A stretch of DNA of 64,000 bases from Eledone cirrhosa (GCA_964016885.1 OZ024743.1:255936001-256000000); one strand, 5' to 3'; shown: positions 1 to 12,007, numbered from the stretch's first letter. Notes: generated by a model not told the origin, from the letters alone. Program-made: numbers and translations.

Positions 1-536
1 ATATACACATATATACATACATACACATACACATACACACACACACATACACATACACATATACATATACATATCTTTTTCAAAAAATTGCATAGAATAT
101 ATTAACTAGGTATATATCCAAAACACATCCCATTCTATGATTACATGACATTCTGCAATTCGTCTGTATAAGGATACTAATTTTAAGCAAATTAAAATTA
201 AAATTTTTAGGTTGATTAAAACTAAAACCAAATAATAAATATATTTCTAAAATGTATATTAATTAGGTCTATAATACTAAAAATTATTTCTCTGTCATTG
301 GATACACGATATTATTTTGTTATATTTTATCTGTAAAAGAGTTATAATAAAAGGTTTAAATAAATTAAAATTAATCTATAAATTAAATTACTAAGTATAT
401 ATTAGTAATATTTAAAGGTTTTTCACAATTTATGATTACATAATATTTTATATTCTCATCTGTAATAAAATATTAATTAAATTAAATTTATAGGTTAACT
501 AACATTTAAATTAAATTAATTTCTAAAATAATGTTA

Positions 537-2999
537 TTAATTAGGTTTATAATATTTAAATGTTTTTTTTAGTTTATGATTACACGATATAATTAATTCC
601 TGTCGTTTATTTAATAAGATATCCTTAGACTTCATTATTTCAAATAGTTCTTGGGAACATAATCTACATTCATTTCTATTATTTTGATAAGGGGTGGCTC
701 TTTTGAGCACACTCCAGGTCAAATCATATTTTATATTCTTATTTTTATAACTATTGATTTTTTCTGCTAGAGATGTTGTATTAGCCAGTGCGGCATTTTT
801 AAAACTATGCTTGTGGGTATTAAACCTTGTCTTAAAATTGTTAGAGGTAGCTCCTATATATGAGCAAATAGAATCTTTAGTTTTAACATTACATTTATAG
901 ACTATGTTGTTAACAAGACAATTCCCTTTTAATGGGCAGTTTGCTTTGTTTCTACAGTTACATCCTTTCGTTAATTCTGTATTTGAGGAGATATTATGGT
1001 TAATTTGATGTACTGGTGGTATACTTATGGTTTTCTTACATTTATATGCATTATATGCACTTATATTTTGTTTTATGTTATTTGTTGTAGAGTATGAGAA
1101 TTTAACTGTAGACCTATTTAAGATTTGATGGTATTTGTGGTTTGGCGGGAAGTTTTTCTCAAGGATATAAAAAAATTTTTTAGCAATATTATCCTTAACT
1201 TGTAAATTAAAAGGAGCATTATACCAAGTAACCCGTCTATTACGGTTTCTATGTTGTTTATTATTTTTATTATTTTTATAGGTTGTATCGTGATTTTTAC
1301 TAGGAGGATTAATGTTAATGATCTCACCACAACTATTTTTAGTTATATTTGTAGATTTAGGTGTTTTATCTTTTTTATTAGGAGTTTTATTATTAATATT
1401 TATTATAGTTGTATGATGAGTAGTTTTTTGAGAGTTACTATACTTTATATTAGAAGATTTAGTATTTTGGGGTATAGTGTGGGTGGCATTTAGGTGTGTA
1501 CTTTTCATTTGGTGTTTGTTGGTAATATTATGTTGTATGCTTTCAGTATTTTTAGTAGAAGGTATATACTCTAATCTATTTTTGTGGCCACTTCTATCTA
1601 GAGCTTCGTTATAGAAGGTCGCATTTTTATCAAATACATCTTGGTTAGAAGAAAGGTTAGAAATTCTAAGTGATATATTATATGCAAGGTTTTTAAGGAT
1701 AGATTTAGGGTGATTAGATTGTGAGTGTATGTAATGTAAGTTTTGGTTAGGTTTATGGTAAGGTTGGTAGATACCCGTAGCTAAATCTAAAGTTATATCT
1801 AGGAAATTTACTACTTTACTTGTTTTTTCAAAAGTAATATTAAGATTATAATAGTCTTTAAGGAAAGTTCTAATATGTTTTTTGTTTTTTTCGATTTCTG
1901 AAAGGCTAAGGTTGTTAGAAAGAAGAAGACAGTCATCACGATATAAACCACCTTTGAGGTGGGGAAAAGAGGCATTTATGTTGAAAAGGAGAAAGAGGCC
2001 CACAAGATCAGTAATTTGGGCGGAATCGCTTGAACCCATAGTAATATCAAAAAGATTACTGTATGTGTTTCTGGTCCAGTATTCATTCTGAAATTCAATA
2101 AGTGTTAGTCTAGCATGTGTAATAATGTTAATGTCATCCAAAGTTAAGTTAGATCTATTTTTAGCAAATATCAATGCTTTGTTCAGGAGTATAGGTGATA
2201 TAGAAGAATAGTAATTATCTATATCAAATTGTAGGAAAGAAGCAGAAGATTTACACCTAATATTTTTAAACCAGTTAATTACCTGGGAGGTGTTTTCCCA
2301 GAGTGGTAAAATAACGTGTTTTCTTATTTGTGGGATGACTCTATCTAAAATTTTTTTGCTAATTATTCCAATATCTGATTTGGAGGGACATATAAGTCTA
2401 ATAGAAGGATTTGAGTTAAAGTTATATTTGTGATCTTTCAGGTTGAAGTGTGGTCTTTTCAATGCCAAAGGTTCAGTTCTATCTTCAATGTTTAGTTTTT
2501 TTACTATGTTGTGTGTTTTGTTGTTGATGTTGGTGAGTGACACATTATTAGATTTTTTATAATTTTTTCTGAGTTCTTTATATATGAACTCATTATAATG
2601 TTCAATATCCATATGATACAAGTTACCAGTTTTGTCCGAGTGGACATGGATTTTTTTAGACTTTTTTAGGTCCAATAGGGTAGAATCAAGGTCCTTTTGA
2701 AAGACGGATTTATACTTTTTAAATTTGAGGTGTTTAATTAAATTAAAAAGGTCTTTCTCGAAGTCTTCAAGTAAAAAGTTGTGTGGTGGATTCTTGTAAG
2801 TATTGAAATCATACATATATTTCCGATCTGCTTGTTTAGATTTTCTATCGAAGTGGTAGGCTCTCCATCTAACCCTTCTGATAAAATTATTAGTTTTCTG
2901 AATCATAAGGAGTAAGAAGTCGTCCTTAGAAGGTATTGGTATGTTTTTCAAGGAGGTTCCTAAATATTGTTTTTCCATTGTGATATGGATGATGGACAA
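537..2999 (-). CDS. Penelope-like retroelement ORF (RT + C-terminal GIY-YIG endonuclease), Naiad-like, apparently intact
   Basis: Uninterrupted 820-aa ORF: N-terminal DKTG motif, RT motifs FDIDNYYSSI, ITMGS, YRDD, NFLD; CNCRNKANCPLKGNC linker; NIVY...YIGATSNNFKTRFNTH GIY-YIG core; CRLC...CNH. First ATG is at ~2978. Confidence 0.93.
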   Translation of the reverse strand: MSIIHITMEKQYLGTSLKNIPIPSKDDFLLLMIQKTNNFIRRVRWRAYHFDRKSKQADRKYMYDFNTYKNPPHNFLLEDFEKDLFNLIKHLKFKKYKSVFQKDLDSTLLDLKKSKKIHVHSDKTGNLYHMDIEHYNEFIYKELRKNYKKSNNVSLTNINNKTHNIVKKLNIEDRTEPLALKRPHFNLKDHKYNFNSNPSIRLICPSKSDIGIISKKILDRVIPQIRKHVILPLWENTSQVINWFKNIRCKSSASFLQFDIDNYYSSISPILLNKALIFAKNRSNLTLDDINIITHARLTLIEFQNEYWTRNTYSNLFDITMGSSDSAQITDLVGLFLLFNINASFPHLKGGLYRDDCLLLSNNLSLSEIEKNKKHIRTFLKDYYNLNITFEKTSKVVNFLDITLDLATGIYQPYHKPNQNLHYIHSQSNHPKSILKNLAYNISLRISNLSSNQDVFDKNATFYNEALDRSGHKNRLEYIPSTKNTESIQHNITNKHQMKSTHLNATHTIPQNTKSSNIKYSNSQKTTHHTTIININNKTPNKKDKTPKSTNITKNSCGEIININPPSKNHDTTYKNNKNNKQHRNRNRRVTWYNAPFNLQVKDNIAKKFFYILEKNFPPNHKYHQILNRSTVKFSYSTTNNIKQNISAYNAYKCKKTISIPPVHQINHNISSNTELTKGCNCRNKANCPLKGNCLVNNIVYKCNVKTKDSICSYIGATSNNFKTRFNTHKHSFKNAALANTTSLAEKINSYKNKNIKYDLTWSVLKRATPYQNNRNECRLCSQELFEIMKSKDILLNKRQELIISCNHKLKKTFKYYKPN

Positions 3000-3321
3000 T
3001 TGAAAGAGCTCAACTAAATGTATATGGGTTTACAAAATCATACATATATATATGTTTATACATAAATATAAAATTAATACACACATACAGTACAAAAATA
3101 CGAATATTTCCGTGAAAATAGGAGCAAAATTATGTAGATAAATCTACCAAGAGTTTACGGTAGTGTCCAATCCGTATGAAGAACTCAATGTATTCCGGAT
3201 ATCATGGAAAGAAGAGATGTAATGAAAAACCACTTTCGGTGAAAGATAAACGGTATACAGAGTCAAGATAAAATATTAAACAAATAATGAATAAACAATT
3301 CCTTATATTAAACAAAAAAAG

Positions 3322-3476
3322 TTCATTATTTAACGATCGTTTCTAGGATATATATGTGTTATAATTGGTATGCATATTCAACAGATCTATGTACAAAATT
3401 ATACAAAATTATACAAATTATCAAGATTAAATATACATACCAAACACATATATACGCCGTCTTCAGAAATAATGAA
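3322..3476 (-). ncRNA. Type I hammerhead ribozyme with very long stem II
   Basis: Minus strand: ttcattattt-CTGAAGA-[~115 nt hairpin; tatatatgtgtt/aacacatatata]-GAAA-cgatcgt-t-aaataatgaa. 10-bp stem I and palindromic stem III (ACGATCGT). Confidence 0.8.
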
Positions 3477-3989
3477 GTATATTTATTGATAATAACAACA
3501 ATTCAAAATTTCAGTTCAAAATTGACCAATGAAAACACAAAGGGTTAAATGCAGTTCGGTGTGTGTATATACATGTAAAACCCTTACACATATTTTACAA
3601 AAATGTATGTATAATTTGTATACGCATACTAAAAGGATGGATGCAAATACAAAATTTCAAGGTTAATGTCTCTGTAAGCTTACAATGCGCAGATAAGATG
3701 CGCATTGATACTTATGAAATCAAGTATATAAATATATTTTTTCATACTCACACATATCAGTACAATCACACATACACGCGCGTATATGCATAAATATACA
3801 CATAACCACGAACATACAAACACACACACACCCCCACTCACATTTATATATGTGGATATAAAATCATAAGCACATGGATATTAATTCACTCACATAAAAC
3901 ACTGGCACACACATTTCTAGATCAAGATACAGAAATTAGGTGGGAGGGGGGGGAGGGGTCAGTATTCAACTGTCTGAGCAAACTGCTTA

Positions 3990-4293
3990 ATATAAATGTA
4001 TCTATAAATTAAGAAGAATAAAAAAATAAAACAATAAAATATAATAAATATAATATAATATACATACACATACAGATATATACACATACATACATGTACG
4101 CACACATAGAAATATTTACGCATACACACATACACACATACATATACAGTCATACACACACATACACTTACACGAACATACACATACACATATATAAAGA
4201 TATATATATATACACACACACACACACGCAACACATACACACATACACATATATATAAAAATAAATAATAAAGATATATACCTATATATATAT

Positions 4294-4340
<47 letters not shown>

Positions 4341-4760
4341 CACACACATACATCTAAATATACATACACATACATACACACATACATGTACATACATGTA
4401 CATACATATACGCACATCGATATACATATATATATATACATATATATATATACACACACATAGACATGTAGATACATACACACACAACTTACATACACAC
4501 ATATATATACACATGTATATTCATACATAGAATTAGATATATAATCATACATACATATGCACTTACTTATACTCATATATACAAATACATACGCATCCAT
4601 ATATGCGTATATACATAAAAAATCACTACAACCTCACCTAACTCAGACATACAAATAAAAATAATAATAAAAAGGCCTATGTATATACATACACACACGC
4701 ATTAATAGAGATATATATATACACACATACATACACATATATATATATATATATATACAC

Positions 4761-4794
<34 letters not shown>

Positions 4795-4797
4795 ACT

Positions 4798-4835
<38 letters not shown>

Positions 4836-4903
4836 GATATCCACACACTCATACCACCATAAATACACATACAAACACCCACATATATATATATATACAC
4901 ACG

Positions 4904-4935
<32 letters not shown>

Positions 4936-5056
4936 TAAAAAACAGATATGCACATATATATATATATTTTTTTACACTTATATATACACATATTATATAC
5001 ACATACACAACCTCACTTATACACACATACACATAAGTTATATTATAATAATAAAG

Positions 5057-5095
<39 letters not shown>

Positions 5096-5197
5096 TACAT
5101 ATATATACATACATATATACACATACATACATACATATAAACATATACATACATAAATACACACATACGAATAAAGACATATATTCACACATAGACA

Positions 5198-5239
<42 letters not shown>

Positions 5240-5345
5240 TATATACATATATACACACATACATATACACAGACACATATACACACTCACATATATATAT
5301 GTGTGTGTGTGCGCACACACACATATATACACACACACACACAAA
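3990..5345. repeat. Compound (TA)n/(CA)n/(TACA)n microsatellite
   Basis: Directly visible; explains the YI/CV-rich spurious ORFs. Confidence 0.95.
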
Positions 5346-5468
5346 TACAAAAGTACTCAGCTACATTCCTCAATCTTTGCATATGCGAGTTGCTATTTCA
5401 CGTTTCCTACCACGAGGAACGACGGGTCTTGCTGCTAGTTTAAAATGAATTGAAGAGAAAGCCAACAA

Positions 5469-5580
5469 TATATTGTTTTTTGTGTGTTGTGTGTAGCATG
5501 ACCCTCCCAAACAAAGTATAACAATATCTTTTTCAACACACGTTTTCAGATAAGAAATATTGCAAAACAAATTTTAAAAC

Positions 5581-5624
<44 letters not shown>

Positions 5625-5740
5625 GTTTTAAAATTTGTTTTGCAATATTTCTTATCTGAAAACGTGTGTTGAAAAAGATATTGTTATACTTTGTTTGGGA
5701 GGGTCATGCTACACACAACACACAAAAAACAATATATTGT
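5469..5740. repeat. ~115-bp inverted repeat of a PLE 3' end around a (TA)n tract
   Basis: 5469-5583 is the reverse complement of ~5620-5740; similar to the PLE 3' end at 44360-44460. Confidence 0.8.
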
Positions 5741-5867
5741 AGGACAGAACAATGAGAGACACAAAATAAAAACCTACTCACTGAGAAGGTCACAGAATAT
5801 CTGACAAAAAGGCTCTGACAATATATAAACAACCATCCCTTTATCGAACCAACCAACCGACCGGAAA

Positions 5868-7031
5868 TCTCTCTATATATAAAACAGAGGATGTCAGTCT
5901 GTCTGTGTAAATCCCTAAAACTTGAGAAGTACCCGACCGATATTTTTCAAACTTTACACATGCGTTACTTATATTTTTTGGAGTGCAATTGGCTAAAAGA
6001 CATTCAACGTTTTCTGCCTTAGAGCCCGCATTAGGCGAAACACCGCCTTTAAAAAGCATTTTAAAGCTTTTTTTGAGGCGTAACTTAAAGATAATCCAGC
6101 CGATTTCCTCGAAATTTGCAGCACGCATTAGTTAGTCCCCTCGCATTGCTGTGGACAAAATAATTTCCGATTCCATTAATGGTTTCTAGGAAATTTACGA
6201 ATTAGCATTGGGCATTACATGCCATTTTCATTTTCAATATAAACACTACTTAAACATCGTAAGTAGCGTATAATATTTCGTTAAAAATTTGGTTTATTTA
6301 ACAGAGGACACAATACTTATTTACTTTTAAGCAGGACCATTTTCGGGGGATTGAGGAGTACCTTAAAATTTTTGTCGGTGCCCTGTTGACGCTTCGAGCT
6401 TTCATCACACACAAATCCGGGCCCTGTGTACGTTGCCGTGTTATTGACACTGTAAAACTCGCGTCTGTGCTACTTCTACTAATTCCCCTTTCGTTGCACC
6501 TACACCGCAGCATGAACACCCTGCGCAAGTACACCGAACAGCGGTTGTGCTAATTCCGCGGTGACCCCTTTTGTCGCACCTTTGTTGCTGTGTAAACGCA
6601 GTGCAACCAGTGCCGCCCAGCGTTTGTGCCAATTGCACTATGAACCCCTTCTGCTGCAGCTGCGTTGTCACGCTGATTTCGTCATCTCAATATCCCTACT
6701 TGGTTTTCACACAATTGACTACGTCGCTCCTTCTGATGATGTCTGTCCGGATGACTGGGTGCGAATCTATTAAACTCGAAAAGTACCTAACGGATTTTCT
6801 CCAAATTAGTACGCTTAAAGAGTATCCATCTGATTTTCTTCAGATTTTGCACATGCATGCAGATCTTTTATTATTTCGGCTTGCTGGTGTTCTACATTTC
6901 CAGTAGATGAACAGTCGTTGCCTGAGAATACTTTTTCACCAAAAAGTACTCAGCTACATTCCTCAATCTTTGCATATGCGAGTTGCTATTTCACGTTTCC
7001 TACCACGAGGAACGACGGGTCTTGCTGCTAG
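5868..7031 (+). mobile_element. Non-autonomous Helitron inserted in a PLE 3' UTR
   Basis: 5' TCTCTCTATATATAAAAC...GTCTGTCTGTGT; 3' GC-rich subterminal segment then CTAG; inserted between A and T; both flanks match the PLE end at 44440-44545. Confidence 0.75.
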
Positions 7032-7117
7032 TTTAAAATGAATTGAAGAGAAAGCCAACAGGTGCGTGTGGTTTTATTGGCAAAGTATAGCAATATATAA
7101 ATATATATATATATATA

Positions 7118-7230
7118 GGAAAATAGTCAGGACTCCGACGGCTGAGCTCCGTCCGTTTCGATATACCCTAAGTATCGAGTACTCTGGTGCGTTATGGTCC
7201 ACCTGGTTTCTTACCACACTTTCTTTGTTA
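7118..7230. mobile_element. Miniature PLE-type remnant (inverted half-hammerhead plus 3' tail)
   Basis: Same family as 7615-7670, 8328-8545, 25025-25150 and 39418-39478; carries GAAA-cgg...gccgt-C-ggRgtcc. Confidence 0.6.
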
Positions 7231-7580
7231 TATATATATATATATATATACACACGCATTCATATCGATAGACACACAAATGCACACACACACACACACA
7301 CACATATATTTCTTTTATCTTCTTTTATCGCACATTTCTATGTTTCTATTGTCATTATAACTATTTTTGCTTTAGATTCTCTTATTTTTATCATCAATTT
7401 ATTTATTTTTTATATACCTACCTTGTTGTAAGATTAGTTGCCTGCAGCACAGACACATAATCAAATTGTAAACGAATAACTTAGTACCTTGTCTATAAAG
7501 CCTATTTGAAATCAATCGAGATAATACCTCATTAAATATGACTATGTCTTCAGAGTAAATATTAGTAGATGTTGCTTTTA

Positions 7581-7617
<37 letters not shown>

Positions 7618-7669
7618 ATAGTCAGAACCCCAACGGCAGGCTCAAGACGTTTGACAGCTATTTCTGGAC

Positions 7670-7716
<47 letters not shown>

Positions 7717-7730
7717 GTGTGTGTATACAT

Positions 7731-7764
<34 letters not shown>

Positions 7765-7767
<3 letters not shown>

Positions 7768-7842
7768 GGGTTGTCAAGTATGAAATTTGTAGAAATTTGT
7801 AGGAAAAGCAAATTTCTACAAATTTCATAATTGACGACCCAC
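7765..7842. mobile_element. Tc1/mariner-like MITE (hairpin)
   Basis: TATTGGGTTGTCAAG... inverted termini embedded in (TA)n; second copy at 8641-8711. Confidence 0.6.
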
Positions 7843-7852
7843 CATATATATA

Positions 7853-8308
7853 TAAACGGAAAAAATGAAACGAAATTTCATTTCCCACTCTTAGTACAGC
7901 TGTTACTTAAATATAAGTATGTACACGTACATACATATATGTATACAGACATACAGTAGTATGTATATATATATACATACATGCACACATATATATATGT
8001 ACGTATGGATTCACCGAACATTTATTATAATGATCGGTGTGTTTGTAAACAAACATCCCGTATTAAGCCGTAGTGTCTAGCAACCATCGTTGCTCGTTTG
8101 TTCAACACTGACAAAGGAACGCTGTACTAGTTTCAAGCTTATTAGCTATCGTCAGCAATGTATACCTTCCTGCCAGATTGTTGAACGTATATACTTACCT
8201 TATGCATATTAACGGCTGAGTAGCCCAATTTGCATATCGAGTGGGTTAATCGGCCGGGTGCACCGAAAACGATAAACGGAAAAAATGAAACGTTTCATTT
8301 TTCCGTTA
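7853..8308 (-). mobile_element. ~450-bp non-coding hammerhead-bearing repeat
   Basis: Homologous copies at ~18105-18337, 54170-54812 and 57175-57683; aacggaaaaaatgaaacg occurs near both ends. Confidence 0.75.
8119..8161 (-). ncRNA. Minimal type I hammerhead ribozyme
   Basis: cattg-CTGACGA-tagct aata agctt-GAAA-ctagt-a-cagcg; palindromic stem III ACTAGT, GUA triplet. Confidence 0.75.
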
Positions 8309-8327
8309 TATATATATATATATATAT

Positions 8328-8545
8328 AGGAACAAGTAGGACCCCGACGGCTGAGCTCAAGCCGTTTCGAAGGCTAATTCTGGACTATATATATATATAT
8401 ATATATATATAGGGATTAGCCGTCGAAACGGCTTGAGCTCAGCCGTCGGGGTCCTACTTGTTCCTATTACCTACTCTACTACCCTAAGTATTGAGTACTT
8501 TGATGCGTTATGGTCCATCTGGTTCCTTACAACATTTCCTTCGTT
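8328..8545. mobile_element. Fold-back PLE-type remnant with two half-hammerheads around (TA)n
   Basis: 8328-8380 is the reverse complement of 8415-8466; the right arm continues into a ~80-bp tail. Confidence 0.65.
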
Positions 8546-8571
8546 ATATATATGTGTGTGTGTGTGTGTGT

Positions 8572-8640
<69 letters not shown>

Positions 8641-8646
<6 letters not shown>

Positions 8647-8711
8647 GTTGTCAAGTCTGAAATTTGTAGGAAAAACAAATTTCTACAAATTTCATACTTG
8701 ACGGCCCAATA
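8641..8711. mobile_element. Tc1/mariner-like MITE (hairpin)
   Basis: ttgggttgtcaagt...acttgacggcccaa, TA-flanked. Confidence 0.6.
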
Positions 8712-8779
8712 TATATATATAAATGAAAGGTATAGAAAACACTGCAGCGAAAAGCCAACATCACTCCATAAAAAAAAAA

Positions 8780-9089
<310 letters not shown>

Positions 9090-9222
9090 GTAAGGGTTTT
9101 TTTTACAAAATGAAAAATAACCGAGGTGTCCTACACGAGTGAAAGTATAAAGAAAAAGAGATGAAATCGAAAATGCAACTGGAGTCTTATTTTTTTTTTT
9201 AAATATATATATTTATTTGGTT

Positions 9223-9260
9223 CCTTTACCGGTTTCGCAGTTCTTCTGCTTTTCAAAAGT
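9223..9260 (-). ncRNA. Hammerhead variant (C3U/G8A core)
   Basis: ctt-TTGAAAA-gcag aagaa ctgc-GAAA-ccggt-a-aag; palindromic stem III ACCGGT; lies in a ~230-bp repeat also found at 52610-52745. Confidence 0.65.
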
Positions 9261-9639
9261 TGAGTTGAGATGGAGGGTCTGTGGTTTTTTAATCGACGTT
9301 CCTCTTTACAAAATTGTTGGCTTTGTGCCTTTGTCAGAAACCATTATCAATGTATTTTTTATCATTCTACAGTTAATTAAAATTTAAAAAATAAAATATA
9401 GTATTTTTTATCTTATCACTGAACCATTTGGAAATATATAAATATATAAATAACGATTAGAATCCCCTCTCCCATTGATATACAACAGTTCTTTATAGTT
9501 TGGTTTTCGATGTTGTATGGCATATATTTGATTTCTGTCTGTATATATGTGAAGAGGCCAACTTAAGAAGATTTCGGATGAGATAGTAAAGACCAACTTT
9601 AAAGAACTAAACCTCTCAACAGAGATAACAGAAGATGGT

Positions 9640-10570
9640 GAGGGTTGGTGTTATGCTAGGCTAGTGAAGATCCTGCCAACATCATATGATGTGATCTGAC
9701 TTAATATAGTGTCCCTCTTTCACTACCATGCCCTAGTAGCTCTCCTCATCCTTCCTACACACCCCACTCGTGGCCCCCTCCAGTAGTACTGCTCCCTAAT
9801 AACTACTCTCTCTACACCCGTACATCCCATGCATTCTTTAGCTCCATCACTTCAGCTCCCCTTCCCAACAGAGGTAAGTGCAACTTAAGTCTACTGCACT
9901 ATAGACCACACCTTCAATACATCCATAATTTCATGCCTATCTATCTCCCTTCTCCTCTCATCTGCGTCAAAGACATGACAAAGTTTATTGTGCAGGTGCC
10001 ATGACGAAATGCATTCAGTTGAACATGGGTCCATATGTAAATGATGAGCGAACCCCCTGCCTGCAGACACAATCTGTGAAAACCCATCCAACTCTTGCAA
10101 GTAGGAAAGTAGTCATTAAACTATGATTATGATGAAGGTGTCTAAGGGGGAAAGAGAGAGGATCACAGACTCTACAGCTCGGTCAATATGGTTTTACGAC
10201 TGCACCCTGCAGACAAAATCGCAAAGGCATTTCTGCAGATAATGGCCAGTGACACACGCTGCTACAGCCAACCTACTTCATAGGATGAAGTCAATTGCAG
10301 GTCTACCTTCAAGTGGATCAAATTTGGCTTAGACAAACACTACCTTGCCTGCCTCCATTCCACCTCACAGCCAAACAGCAGCGCATTGCTCAATTTGGTG
10401 TTTTTCCTAATCAACTGGTACCCTTCTTGATGTCTTTGCCATTTCGTCTACAGGGCGCAGCCATAACACCATGCTGACTTAGCTGTAGTGTCTCTCATCC
10501 TCTCCCCTCCCCCTTTCTTTCTTCCTTTGTCTTGTAGTCCTTGCACTTCTCCGTTTTCTCTCATTTCTGG
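9640..10570 (+). pseudogene. Possible highly decayed retroelement remnant (PLE-like C-terminus)
   Basis: GC-richer island with faint Cys-rich similarity and a pyrimidine-rich tail; no clean ORF. Confidence 0.25.
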
Positions 10571-10579
10571 CATTTATAG

Positions 10580-11180
10580 TCCTTTCCAATAATACTGCTT
10601 TCTGTTTCTGTATATTAAGGCCTTATTTATGAACGGGGGGGGGGGGGAATAGCTGTCTATGTCAAATTGTATAAAGTTTAAATTATTCTTATCATAAAGT
10701 ATTGTGAACCTGTTTACTACCTCATCAGTATTATTCCATAATTTTAAGTTGAGTTTTTTTTTATAACAGATATAATTCTGTCTAGAATTATTTTACTGAA
10801 CTTAGATATGGTTGGGGTGGATGGGTATATTAGCTTGATAGATGTGTTATTAAAGTTGGCCTTATGGTATTTGAATGTAAATTTAGGTGTATTGGAGGTA
10901 TATTGTTCAGTATATCGCCGTAGGTCTAGTTTGTTCACCTTAAGAAACATCTCTCCATTAATATTATCCAAGTTTTTATTTGTAGTTTTTCTGTAGTTCT
11001 TAATAATTTCTTTGTATATGAATGAATTATAAGTGGCAGAATGAACGAGTAGATTTGTTTGTTTTTTTGAAGTGATATACAATAAAGTTTATATACTATG
11101 TTTATAAACTTTGTGGATACTTATTAATTAATTATAACTTTTTGATTCATTATTTGCATGAATATACAACTTTCTCATCT
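10580..11180 (-). pseudogene. Decayed Naiad-like PLE RT N-terminal fragment
   Basis: ORF 10744-11082 (YKEIIKNYRK...PKFTFKYHKANF...SKIILDRI) aligns by eye to the 820-aa ORF. Confidence 0.75.
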
Positions 11181-11329
11181 GTATAGAAACGATTGTAAAA
11201 ATTCAAGTTGGTTTTCTAAGGCTTTTTTTAAACCTGCCAGTGCCCATCTCCTCTCCAGCTCTGAACGCAACAGATTTCCTCAAAGAAAGATAGATAGAGT
11301 GAGAGAATGGAAGTTAGAACGAAGAAGAA

Positions 11330-11470
11330 TCTACCCCAGTACTTGCCTGATACATTTTATTGACCTCGAAAGGCTGAAAGGTAGAGTTGAGCTGGGTTGG
11401 ATTTGAAATGAGAGAGCACACAGGTGAAACATATATTGCAAAGCATTCTAACGACTCTGTCAATTTGCCA
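11330..11470 (-). mobile_element. tRNA-derived SINE with Nin-like domain
   Basis: Minus strand ttcaaatccaacccagctcaactctacctttcagcctttcgaggtcaataaaatg. Related copies: ~25935-26045, 40470-40680, 42700-42890, 46605-46735, 56178-56270, 56420-56610, 56940-57130. Confidence 0.6.
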
Positions 11471-11842
11471 CATTTATATATATGTATATATATATATACA
11501 CACATTTAATTGTAGAAAACTTAGTAATCATAAGGAAGAGAGAGCTCTTCAATTGTCACAATTATAATGGTCGTACAGCTCACTGGCAAAACAATATGAT
11601 AGCTAATGCCATGTAAACCTGCCTGACATAACCACACCATAAAATTATTAAACCCACCAAAATATGCCCTAATACTTGTTGGACAACTTGTAAACCGGAT
11701 TCCTGGTGTGTGTATATATATATATACACACACCACAAACAGATATATAATTTGTTTGCATAGCAACAACTAATAGTAAGAAGTGACAAATTTAATATGT
11801 CAAGTATATGTACATTAAAATTGGTAAAACATTTTTTGTCTT

Positions 11843-11880
<38 letters not shown>

Positions 11881-11962
11881 GCCTTGCTAGCAGTGAAAAC
11901 GTATGTATATATATATATTATGAAAATAAAACAAAGAAGCCTTCAATACATCAAAAGTCTTT

Positions 11963-12007
11963 ATTAGCCAACAATGTTTCGTCCTATTAAGGACTCATCA
12001 GGGCAAT
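11963..12007 (-). ncRNA. Type I hammerhead ribozyme
   Basis: attgcc-CTGATGA-gtcc ttaata ggac-GAAA-cattgt-t-ggctaat. Confidence 0.85.

Larger units (their letters stand above)
75..3960 (-). mobile_element. Near full-length Penelope-like element with UTRs
   Basis: AT-rich flanks around the PLE ORF, an upstream hammerhead, and microsatellites at both ends; boundaries approximate. Confidence 0.75.

Noticed and set aside
3959-5350. Long YI/CV-rich ORFs here and at 8.4-9.1, 23.9-24.9, 50.7-51.5 and 57.1-57.9 kb
   Set aside because: These are translations of dinucleotide microsatellites, not genes.
5778-5820. Functional hammerhead
   Set aside because: It is homologous to 44565-44609, but the core has decayed (CTGAGAA, AAAA); counted only as a relic.
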